Below, piece by piece: positions 1-7,746 of a stretch of 24,235 nt of DNA. Location of the stretch: the IMG/VR virus record IMGVR_UViG_3300030330_000465, positions 1-24,235 of that record; one strand, given 5' to 3'. The position numbers and the translations under genes are program-made. The DNA comes from a virus (Duplodnaviria > Caudoviricetes). How positions within the stretch are numbered: the stretch's first letter is position 1; the number at the start of each line of letters is the position of its first letter. Under the pieces are notes generated by a model. It did no database searches. It saw only the letters and a program-made list of their open reading frames with translations, and had not been told where the DNA came from.

Positions 1-236
1 CTGAGTCAGCCGGAAGCGAGCCGAAGTTGCCCCCTCGGCCACTTGATACGGAACTCCGTATTTTCGACCAATTCTTTTTCCATTAGTTGTAATCTAGTGT
101 CAGCAATATTCAGACGTTCTATAATCTGGAAATAGCCCATGGTGCCGAGTGCCACGATGATAATCAAACTGGCAACCGTCTTCATAGGCATCTGGACGGC
201 TGCCGATTCTGAAATACTGAGTGGTTTTTTATCCAT
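1..236 (-). CDS. Small membrane protein (one TM helix plus coiled coil); probably runs off the left edge, with an apparent 1-nt frameshift near 23-25
   Basis: ATG 3 nt after the upstream stop. Hydrophobic VASLIIIVALGTMGYF is followed by a heptad-like segment. Removing one base at 23-25 reads ...KWPRGQLGSLPADS to the window edge. Confidence 0.7.
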
Positions 237-239
237 AAA

Positions 240-443
240 TTATTTTGGTAATGCGCTTTTCATCCATCCAATTACTTTTCTGAATGGCCATGAAATGATT
301 ATCCAAATCCATTTTATAATTTTTTTAATCATGTTTTCCTCCTCTTTATGTTCACATACAATACATCCACATCCACCATCTAATGGATTTGCATCGCATT
401 TATCACCACAATGGCAATCGTGATCACAAGTTATACAAATCAT
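240..443 (-). CDS. Small Cys/His-rich protein with a C-terminal Trp/Lys amphipathic helix
   Basis: ATGA overlap with the upstream gene. CITCDHDCHCGDKC...CGCIVCEH, then MIKKIIKWIWIIISWPFRKVIGWMK. An internal ATG at 332 is preceded by GAGGAGG. Confidence 0.7.
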   Translation of the reverse strand: MICITCDHDCHCGDKCDANPLDGGCGCIVCEHKEEENMIKKIIKWIWIIISWPFRKVIGWMKSALPK

Positions 444-1087
444 TTTTTCTTCTCCTCAATTTCATAAAAGAATTTATCAGTATCTTCTGTTCTCCACTGA
501 CTAGTATCTTCTACATTCCATTCGTTAGTTTGCACTTTCCAATCTGGAATATTATCTTTCACAGTAAATGAAGGTATATCCCATATACATCTATTGTTTG
601 GTTGTGCTGCATAATTACCATCATCTAATGCAATTATGTGTGCGCACTTATGTTCGTGCGGTATCTCTGAATGATCAGTATCAAGTATGTTAGCCTCTGG
701 ATGTGCAAAGTCAACAGTAAATAAATATTTACCAGGGTGCCATTTTTTATCTTTTCCTATATACTTGCCAGCTTGTCCGTCTAAAATATCCCAACTAGTA
801 ACAGCAGGATAATAACTAAAACAATTCCATAACTGAAGTTCATCAAGTCTACGTTTAGGAACATCTTCCGATCTAAAACCTCTCTGTATGAAGGCAGATA
901 TCGGGAGACGATAAAAGACAGCGCCATTCTCCATAATCGCATGCCATAAAATAGACCGTCCAGTAATAGCTGAAAGACCAAAGATAACACAGTCTTCAAC
1001 TTCTCCATGATGTTTTTGTAAGTCATATAAATATTCCCTCCTTATTTGAGCATAGGTTACAGGTATGTTTGCATTCAAGTAAGCCAT
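440..1087 (-). CDS. Conserved hypothetical phage protein (215 aa)
   Basis: Long ORF coupled to the polA stop (TAATG); globular composition; HxHxCxH-like segment (PHEHKCAH). Confidence 0.9.
   Translation of the reverse strand: MAYLNANIPVTYAQIRREYLYDLQKHHGEVEDCVIFGLSAITGRSILWHAIMENGAVFYRLPISAFIQRGFRSEDVPKRRLDELQLWNCFSYYPAVTSWDILDGQAGKYIGKDKKWHPGKYLFTVDFAHPEANILDTDHSEIPHEHKCAHIIALDDGNYAAQPNNRCIWDIPSFTVKDNIPDWKVQTNEWNVEDTSQWRTEDTDKFFYEIEEKKK
781..1026 (-). CDS. Candidate overprinted membrane protein nested out of frame in 440..1087
   Basis: 81-codon ORF; AAGGAGG at 1043-1037, 10 nt before the ATG; C-terminal TM segment FSYGIVLVIILLLLVGIF. Confidence 0.5.
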   Translation of the reverse strand: MTYKNIMEKLKTVLSLVFQLLLDGLFYGMRLWRMALSFIVSRYLPSYREVLDRKMFLNVDLMNFSYGIVLVIILLLLVGIF

Positions 1088-3006
1088 TATTTAATATTAC
1101 CCCAATTGGATCCAAACTCGTAGTCTACCTTATTTGGTACTTCTAAGTCAACCGCGTTCTCCATTATGTCTTTTATCTTTGCGGCTTCTAGATCGTTAAC
1201 TACAGATATATCAAGTTCATCATGAACTTGTATATGTGGTGTAATACCTTCCTTATGTAATTCTAACATAGCTTTTTTAGTCATGTCTGCTGCGGATCCT
1301 TGTATTAATCTATTTAAAGCTTTGTATGTAAAAGCTCTACGTGTTGGATTTTCATGCCAATAATTTTTCTTTTCTGTTTTGTTTCCTTCTTCATCTAATA
1401 TGTAAGGACCCATTTCTTGTAGTTCTAACATTCTTTCGTGATCTTCTGCTGGAACAAATTTACCCCAATCATCTCCCCTTAAAACCGGTTCATATTTAAA
1501 AAACCTGCAACGTCTTCCTAATAATGTTTTTATTTGTCCCTTATTCTGTGCTGCTGACATAACTTTATTCATTAACTGTTTTACAAAAGGAACTCTTCCA
1601 TGATATTTATTAAATAGTTCTTGTGCTTTTTCTTGTGTTACACCTAACTCTGCTTGCAGTTTTGCTTTACCCATACCATAAAATAAACCTAAATTAATTA
1701 CTTTAGCTTGTGATCTAGGTATCTCCGCCATGTCTGCAACTATTTTATGAAAGTCAGTTGATGGATCATTTTCGTAAGAGTCAGCTATCGTATTCACAGA
1801 AGGTAATCTAAATTTAAGTGCATAATGTGCAACAAGTCTTGGTTCCTGTTGCGAGTAATCAAAGCACCCCCACTTCATACCTTCTTCTGGTATAAACAAA
1901 GATCTAATTAAAGGACCTGTATCAGGATCTCTTGCTGGTATTTGTTGTAGGTTTGGATTTATATAACTAAATCTACCAGTCACAGTGCCACCATCATCTG
2001 ATCTTATTTGATTTATTTCTGAGTGTATTCTACCATTGTGTTCGTATTTAATTATTGAATCAATAAATGTCGTTCTAACCTTGTTTATTTTTCTAGCTTC
2101 TGCTATCTTTTGAACTAAAGGATGTGGATGATTAACAAGAAAATTTTTAGTAAAAGATGGCTCATCTGATTTTACAGTTCTGGAATAAGGTAGTTTTAAT
2201 TTATCAAAAAGTTTGGCAATTGATCTTGCTGCCATTAATTGAACATCTATGTTACTTTCTTTTTTTATGTCTCTCAGGATTAATTTTTCTCTGTATTCTA
2301 AGTCTTGCTTTAGTGTATGAGCTCTTTCAGCATCGACTCTCACACCAAGAAATCTCATGTCAACCAGACAAGGAAAAAGATCAGTCTCCAAATCAAATAT
2401 AGATTGTAAGTTATCTTCTATAATTATATTTTTTACTTTACCCCAAAGTTCTAAAGTTAGTTCTGCATCTTTCTCTGCGTATGCACCAACTTCCATAGGT
2501 GGTAGTCTCCACATATCTGCTTTTGGATCTAATCCTCTTTCTTTTGCAGCTTTAATTAATTTGGATTCATTCTTTCCTTTATTAAGGTGATGCCAAGACA
2601 AAGTATTTAATGTGTATGAGTATCTGTTTTCATCTATAAGTGATGATGCAATCATAGTATCTACTATTAAACCATTGATTTTTATACCTAATTTTCGTAG
2701 CCAACATACGTCATACATGGCATTATGAAATATTTTTAATGATGGTGCATTACATATATCTTGCAACCATTCTAAAGTTTTCTTTTTGTCCATATTAGGA
2801 CCTTGTTCATGAGCTATCGGAAAATAACCTGACCATCCTTCTACGGCTACAGCTATACCAACTACATAGCCATTACCAATTACAGATCCTGATCCACTAG
2901 ATTTTAAATCTGGATCGTAAGTTTCTAAATCTATAGCAATCTCATCATAAGATCGTAGATCAGGATATTCTTCTGGCTGTAGCCATTCTGTTTCTGGTAA
3001 TATCAT
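1087..3006 (-). CDS. polA: Family A DNA polymerase with 3'-5' exonuclease (Leu762 type)
   Basis: Exo motifs DLET, FHNAMYD, YAEKDA; TVTGRFS..NPNLQQIP; motif A DYSQQEPR; motif B RSQAKVINLGLFYG; motif C QVHDEL. Confidence 0.97.
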   Translation of the reverse strand: MILPETEWLQPEEYPDLRSYDEIAIDLETYDPDLKSSGSGSVIGNGYVVGIAVAVEGWSGYFPIAHEQGPNMDKKKTLEWLQDICNAPSLKIFHNAMYDVCWLRKLGIKINGLIVDTMIASSLIDENRYSYTLNTLSWHHLNKGKNESKLIKAAKERGLDPKADMWRLPPMEVGAYAEKDAELTLELWGKVKNIIIEDNLQSIFDLETDLFPCLVDMRFLGVRVDAERAHTLKQDLEYREKLILRDIKKESNIDVQLMAARSIAKLFDKLKLPYSRTVKSDEPSFTKNFLVNHPHPLVQKIAEARKINKVRTTFIDSIIKYEHNGRIHSEINQIRSDDGGTVTGRFSYINPNLQQIPARDPDTGPLIRSLFIPEEGMKWGCFDYSQQEPRLVAHYALKFRLPSVNTIADSYENDPSTDFHKIVADMAEIPRSQAKVINLGLFYGMGKAKLQAELGVTQEKAQELFNKYHGRVPFVKQLMNKVMSAAQNKGQIKTLLGRRCRFFKYEPVLRGDDWGKFVPAEDHERMLELQEMGPYILDEEGNKTEKKNYWHENPTRRAFTYKALNRLIQGSAADMTKKAMLELHKEGITPHIQVHDELDISVVNDLEAAKIKDIMENAVDLEVPNKVDYEFGSNWGNIK

Positions 3007-3245
3007 TTTTTAGAATCTTTCAATTTTAACATTTCTAATTGACAGTAATGTATTATTTTTTCTAAATCTTGTATACCACCTTTTCGCTGATAGCGACAAA
3101 CATATTTCACTACGTTTCCTTGAAAAAATGATAGATCATTTTTAGAAATAAACTCATACGGTTGAATAGGAAATTTAGTGTAGTGATTTCCTCCTACTTG
3201 AGTAAATTGTGGAAACGCTTCCTCAAATATATCTTTTGTTGTCAT
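3003..3245 (-). CDS. DUF3310 family protein (T7 gp1.7-like putative nucleotide kinase)
   Basis: QVGGNHY...IQPYEFI...FFQGNVVKYVCRY..KGG.QDLEK..HY signature; ATGA overlaps on both sides. Confidence 0.85.
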   Translation of the reverse strand: MTTKDIFEEAFPQFTQVGGNHYTKFPIQPYEFISKNDLSFFQGNVVKYVCRYQRKGGIQDLEKIIHYCQLEMLKLKDSKK

Positions 3246-4663
3246 AAACTATACTCCTTTCTTTTTATTTTTGATTTTAGTTTATATAAATTATTACGTG
3301 CTCTCGTAATTCCTACGTACCAAACTCTATGTTCTTCATCTCTTTTTTCTAAACTACGTTTGATAGATTTTTGTATTTTATCTCCTTGATGCAATGCTAA
3401 AATTACGTTATCACCTTCACCACCTTTTATCGCGTGTATTGTAGATAAAAATATTCTAGCATCTTCATTTAAATTTTCATTATTTTCTAACATATTTCTT
3501 ATATATATTTTTTCTTTTTCGGGAGCTGCAGTAAAAACTTCGTACCATTTTTTATTTTTATTCCAAAATTTAGAATTCGGTATGTATTCTTTTATATATT
3601 TTATATCTTGATCATTTATATCTTTATCCTCACACCATTTTGTATATGCTAAAGCTGCTTTATATATGGCTACTTTATAACTTTTTCCTTTGTTAGTTTG
3701 ATAATATAAATTTTTTTTTCTAACTTCTTTCATGAGTTCTAATAATTGACTCTTGGTTCTTGATAATATTAACCACTTACCTTTATTTAAATCTACTTGA
3801 CCTAGATTAGATATGTAAACTGATTTACCATGATAATCTCTTGCTAGATAAAATTTTTCTTTTCTGACTCCACGTATTTTACCTATTGGGAAACTTGATT
3901 CTAATTGTACACACAAAGATACTCTTCTTGATTTTTCTAGGACTCTTTCTTTTGCAGGCTCTTCTACAAATCTTTTTACATCTGCTCCAGCCCATGCAAA
4001 TATAGCCTGATCATCATCACCGGCTAAATAAATATCTTTACTTTTCTCTTTTAATTTATCGTACAGCTTCCATTGTAATGGTGATAGATCTTGTGCTTCG
4101 TCTACAAATACAACATCAAACTTTGGAACCTTTGGCAAAACCTTATTTATGATATCATTAAAGTCATATAGACCTGCACTTTCTTTATATTTTAAAAGAT
4201 TGTCATGTATGTGTTTTAATGTGTGCCACTGTATTTCTTTTCTGTCATGTTCGTTTCTATCAAATTCTTCTCTGATAGACACATCTCTATTTATAGCACG
4301 CCCTATCATTTGAAAATATGGATCATTACAAGTTAAAAAATGTGTTTCTTCTTCATTGTATTTATCTGTGTATTTAACTCTAATGCCTAATTTTTTTCCT
4401 AACTCTTCATAGTGATATGGTTGCATTATATTTTCTTCTTGTAAACCTAGAGTATTAAATGCAAAAGAATGTAGTGTTTGAAAATGCACTAACTTTTTAT
4501 CCTCTATTGGCATTCTTTCTTTTGCTTCCTTTGCAGCTTTTCTTGTAAAAGCAAAATAGCCTATCTTATGTAAAGGTGTCCCTATTCTAACGTATGCTTT
4601 TGCTCTATTAATTAATTTATGAGTTTTTCCTGTTCCAGGTGGTCCATAATATTTATATATCAT
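3242..4663 (-). CDS. UvrD/Rep-like superfamily 1 helicase
   Basis: GPPGTGKT, AFTRKAA, TLHS, VFVDEAQD, AGDDDQAIF, STIHAIKGGE, YVGITRAR. Confidence 0.93.
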   Translation of the reverse strand: MIYKYYGPPGTGKTHKLINRAKAYVRIGTPLHKIGYFAFTRKAAKEAKERMPIEDKKLVHFQTLHSFAFNTLGLQEENIMQPYHYEELGKKLGIRVKYTDKYNEEETHFLTCNDPYFQMIGRAINRDVSIREEFDRNEHDRKEIQWHTLKHIHDNLLKYKESAGLYDFNDIINKVLPKVPKFDVVFVDEAQDLSPLQWKLYDKLKEKSKDIYLAGDDDQAIFAWAGADVKRFVEEPAKERVLEKSRRVSLCVQLESSFPIGKIRGVRKEKFYLARDYHGKSVYISNLGQVDLNKGKWLILSRTKSQLLELMKEVRKKNLYYQTNKGKSYKVAIYKAALAYTKWCEDKDINDQDIKYIKEYIPNSKFWNKNKKWYEVFTAAPEKEKIYIRNMLENNENLNEDARIFLSTIHAIKGGEGDNVILALHQGDKIQKSIKRSLEKRDEEHRVWYVGITRARNNLYKLKSKIKRKEYSL

Positions 4664-6261
4664 ACTATGTCCTCTTCTTTTTCATATTCCAATATTTCTT
4701 CTGGTGGTTCATCATCTTCAAACTGTCCCATTTTAACAGACATACATCTTATTGGATTACCCTTACCTATTCTTTTTTGACTACTTTCTGCTTTAAATAC
4801 ATCAACCACCATAGTTCTTGTTTCATTTTCATCTAGTTTCCATTCGTTTCTTTTTAGTTCCTCATAAAATTTATGATATAAAAAGTACCCAAAGTCTCCA
4901 TCAACATACACAGATCCGCTCTTAAAACCTGTAAGAGTTGTTGTTCTAACATCATTTAAGTATTCTTTAATGTGTCTATATAAAATACCTGCAGGTTGAG
5001 ATTCTGGATCCGGTGTTTCTACATTTAATTGTGACCACAAACCTGATATTATATCTTGAAAATCTTTTGCTTTTATTGGTGGAGGTACTATATTTGTATG
5101 TTCCGCAATTAAAGCTCTAAGTTCTCTTTGTTCTATTATTTGTTTTACAGTCTTTGCATTTATATTTTTTATCTTACCACTAGGTTGTTTTACATATAAA
5201 AAAAATCTTGGATGTGGACGATAATCCATTTTAGTCACACTGATTATATCTGGCCAAGATGCATTTAATTGTTTTCCTACACCAAATCTTCTACGCAAAC
5301 ATGTGCTCTTTATACATTTACTTTGTATTGGATCTTCATTACATGTGTAACCTGCAGTATCCCCTTTCCACGCTTTTATTTTTGATTTAACTTTATCATC
5401 ACCCCAAACATTATCATATTTAATATAGTCTCTTGCTTTCTGTAATACTCTATCTTCCCATTCATCTGGATATTTTCTTTTAGCAAAGACCATATAATTA
5501 TATAAAAATCTATCTCTCTCATCTGGTAACTTTTGTTTAGTTTTATCTATGTCTCCGCATATAAGACCTAGACATGGTGGTCCATCTTCAAACTCTAGTG
5601 ATTGATTCTTTAGCTCCCGGTTTATTAGATCTGCACCTAAAGTTTTTAAATTTTCGGACGATTGTGCATTTAAATTTATAACTTTAATAAATGTATCAAA
5701 GTCCATTTCTTCTCCATCTGGTTTTATAGCCACTCTATCTTTCTTATTGTAGTATGGTAAATTTATAAAATTACCTGATGGTCTTTTACCATCACTAGAA
5801 TCTAGTGAAGTTTGTTTTGGATATATTTCTGTGTTAGATGGTAAACCAAATATAAATAATAATTTTTCTAAAAATTCTCTAACTTCTGATGCTTTTATTT
5901 TTTCTTTAGTAAATACATACAAATGTAATCCACCACTTTTTGATTTAACTGGTATTACCGGTAAATTTTTTTCTGTAATTATTTCTAAATATTTTTTTAA
6001 ACTAAAATTAGTATAATTTTTTGGATCTATATCTATTGCACCAAATATAGATGTGCCTTCATCATCGCACGGATTTATACCTATTGATTTCTTTCCTGTT
6101 AAATGATCTTCGTAATCTTGATCTGTAATTTCTTTTTTAGCCCAACCGTAATCTTTTGGGTCAAATTTAATTTTACCTGATTCGTCTTTGTATCCTTTTT
6201 CAATATTGCAGAAACCATAATTACGTCTTAAACCTGTAAAATATTTTATAAAATCTTTCAT
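4660..6261 (-). CDS. Archaeo-eukaryotic primase (AEP) family protein with a Cys-rich accessory domain
   Basis: AEP motifs GAIDID, KSKSGGLHLY, GNFINLP; later PPC...YTC...C...C; located in the replication operon. Confidence 0.85.
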   Translation of the reverse strand: MKDFIKYFTGLRRNYGFCNIEKGYKDESGKIKFDPKDYGWAKKEITDQDYEDHLTGKKSIGINPCDDEGTSIFGAIDIDPKNYTNFSLKKYLEIITEKNLPVIPVKSKSGGLHLYVFTKEKIKASEVREFLEKLLFIFGLPSNTEIYPKQTSLDSSDGKRPSGNFINLPYYNKKDRVAIKPDGEEMDFDTFIKVINLNAQSSENLKTLGADLINRELKNQSLEFEDGPPCLGLICGDIDKTKQKLPDERDRFLYNYMVFAKRKYPDEWEDRVLQKARDYIKYDNVWGDDKVKSKIKAWKGDTAGYTCNEDPIQSKCIKSTCLRRRFGVGKQLNASWPDIISVTKMDYRPHPRFFLYVKQPSGKIKNINAKTVKQIIEQRELRALIAEHTNIVPPPIKAKDFQDIISGLWSQLNVETPDPESQPAGILYRHIKEYLNDVRTTTLTGFKSGSVYVDGDFGYFLYHKFYEELKRNEWKLDENETRTMVVDVFKAESSQKRIGKGNPIRCMSVKMGQFEDDEPPEEILEYEKEEDIV

Positions 6262-6268
6262 AGTTTTC

Positions 6269-6323
6269 TGGGCGACTCCACTCTCGCTTTGCCGCCCATA
6301 GTTGCAACTGTTCCCATAGGGAA
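6269..6323 (-). promoter_or_regulatory. GC-rich structured intergenic element upstream of the primase
   Basis: Minus strand UGGGCGGC-AAA-GC-GAGA-GU-GGA-GUCGCCCA (6298-6269), palindrome AGTTGCAACT (6300-6309) and TTCCC-ATA-GGGAA (6311-6323). Confidence 0.6.
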
Positions 6324-7091
6324 TTAGACAATGTTTTCCGTAGAACCATTGCTTTCATACTTTGGTTTAGCAGAACCTTTTGCTACAGTTTTCTGTAACT
6401 CTTGAGCTGCTACGTATAAAGCAGAGTCTTCTTTGTTAGATGTATCTAACATTCTAACCTTAGAAGGTTTGTACACATGCCAGCTTTTGCTGCCTGCAGT
6501 TTTGCCAACTGTTTTTAAGTTGAACATCGCTGAGAAAGCTGCTGGTTGAAATGTACCTTTTGCATCTGTCATCCTTAAATTGGTGATTAGATTATTAAGT
6601 TCCCTCGCCGGTGAAAGATTAGACGATCTCATTGGAATGACAGCCGGTCTAGATTCATTTCCCATAACTACCATTACATAGAAGTATGCAGTTTTTTCTA
6701 CATAGTTTCCATTTGGTAATCTGTATCTACCGTTTCTTTCTTCTACTGCATCTGATGGAATCTGCATATGAGTTCCAACTGGAGCAGAAGCACTATCACC
6801 TCTTTCTTGCCATTCAGGATATCTAGTTTGAGCATGAGCAACAATTATATCTATACCCTTACCCTCACCATCTATCAATTGACCAAGTGATGAAGCATAG
6901 ATCATTCCTGGTTTAGACCCCTCTACATATTTAGGATCTCTTTGATTGCACTCTGGAGAAAGTTGATGAAGAATTTTCAAGATAGGTGTGGATACATCTT
7001 CTTGTTTTATTTCTTCCGCTCCTTTTCTAGAGTCTTCTCTCATGTTTACTACAGCTAGAGATCCGCTGTTTTGTTTGACTAGTTCAGTCAT
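6324..7091 (-). CDS. Putative single-stranded DNA-binding protein
   Basis: Strong AGGAGG SD; size and position upstream of primase/helicase/polymerase; beta-rich core with aromatic residues. Function is inferred from context. Confidence 0.6.
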   Translation of the reverse strand: MTELVKQNSGSLAVVNMREDSRKGAEEIKQEDVSTPILKILHQLSPECNQRDPKYVEGSKPGMIYASSLGQLIDGEGKGIDIIVAHAQTRYPEWQERGDSASAPVGTHMQIPSDAVEERNGRYRLPNGNYVEKTAYFYVMVVMGNESRPAVIPMRSSNLSPARELNNLITNLRMTDAKGTFQPAAFSAMFNLKTVGKTAGSKSWHVYKPSKVRMLDTSNKEDSALYVAAQELQKTVAKGSAKPKYESNGSTENIV

Positions 7092-7123
7092 TTTTCCTCC
7101 TATTAAGTTACTAGTTTATTGTT

Positions 7124-7669
7124 TTACTTTTTACCTTTTATTTTCGTTTGATTTCCATCAAACGTCCAAAAAAGATCTTCAGGAACTTCATTTCCTTTGT
7201 TCTTCCAATCTTCCATGGTTACTTTTAGGGTCATGGCATGAACCGCCTCTTTCTGAGCCGGCTCAAAGCCTTGACCTTTTGCAAGGGTGGCATAAGCCAG
7301 TGCCTTGTTTTCTTCGCCTTGGCCAAAGGTAACAGTGATATCATTTTTAATAATATCACCTAGGCCATTGTTTCGAAGCCATTGATATGCCTCTGCTTTT
7401 TTATCAGCTTTTATTGTGGCACTATAAATTTTTTTAATAGAGACTTCTGATCCATCTTTTAATGTGAGTGAACTTAAGTTCATATCTTCCATCAACTTAG
7501 GTATAACTACACCAGATTGAACTTTCTCATCTGATTTTAAATCTTTTAATTTTTTTTCTGCTTCTTGAATTTGAGCTTGTATAGATTTTAATTTTTCTAG
7601 CTCTTCTGATAGTTTTTCTGGATCAATAACATCGCTCTGATCCGGCGCATCTTGTCTTAAATCAATCAT
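7124..7669 (-). CDS. Conserved phage replication-module protein (N-terminal coiled coil), function unknown
   Basis: 181-aa ORF with AAGGA SD, downstream of a sigma70-like promoter. Confidence 0.85.
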   Translation of the reverse strand: MIDLRQDAPDQSDVIDPEKLSEELEKLKSIQAQIQEAEKKLKDLKSDEKVQSGVVIPKLMEDMNLSSLTLKDGSEVSIKKIYSATIKADKKAEAYQWLRNNGLGDIIKNDITVTFGQGEENKALAYATLAKGQGFEPAQKEAVHAMTLKVTMEDWKNKGNEVPEDLFWTFDGNQTKIKGKK

Positions 7670-7714
7670 GTACTTTCCTTTATATGTTTATTAGTTTAAA
7701 TTTTTAATATCACT

Positions 7715-7746
7715 TCTTTATATAAAGATGTAATTATTAATGTCAA
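7715..7746 (-). promoter_or_regulatory. Sigma70-like promoter with a palindrome over the -10 box
   Basis: TTGACA (7746-7741), 18 nt spacer, TATAAA; palindrome TCTTTATATAAAGA at 7715-7728. Confidence 0.7.

Noticed and set aside
1345-1495. Possible intein in PolA
   Set aside because: Too short, with no His-Asn terminus or splicing blocks.
6269-6298. Resemblance of GGCAAA...GNRA...GGA to the c-di-GMP-I riboswitch
   Set aside because: The inner stem is only 2 bp, and the second hairpin with tetraloop receptor is missing.
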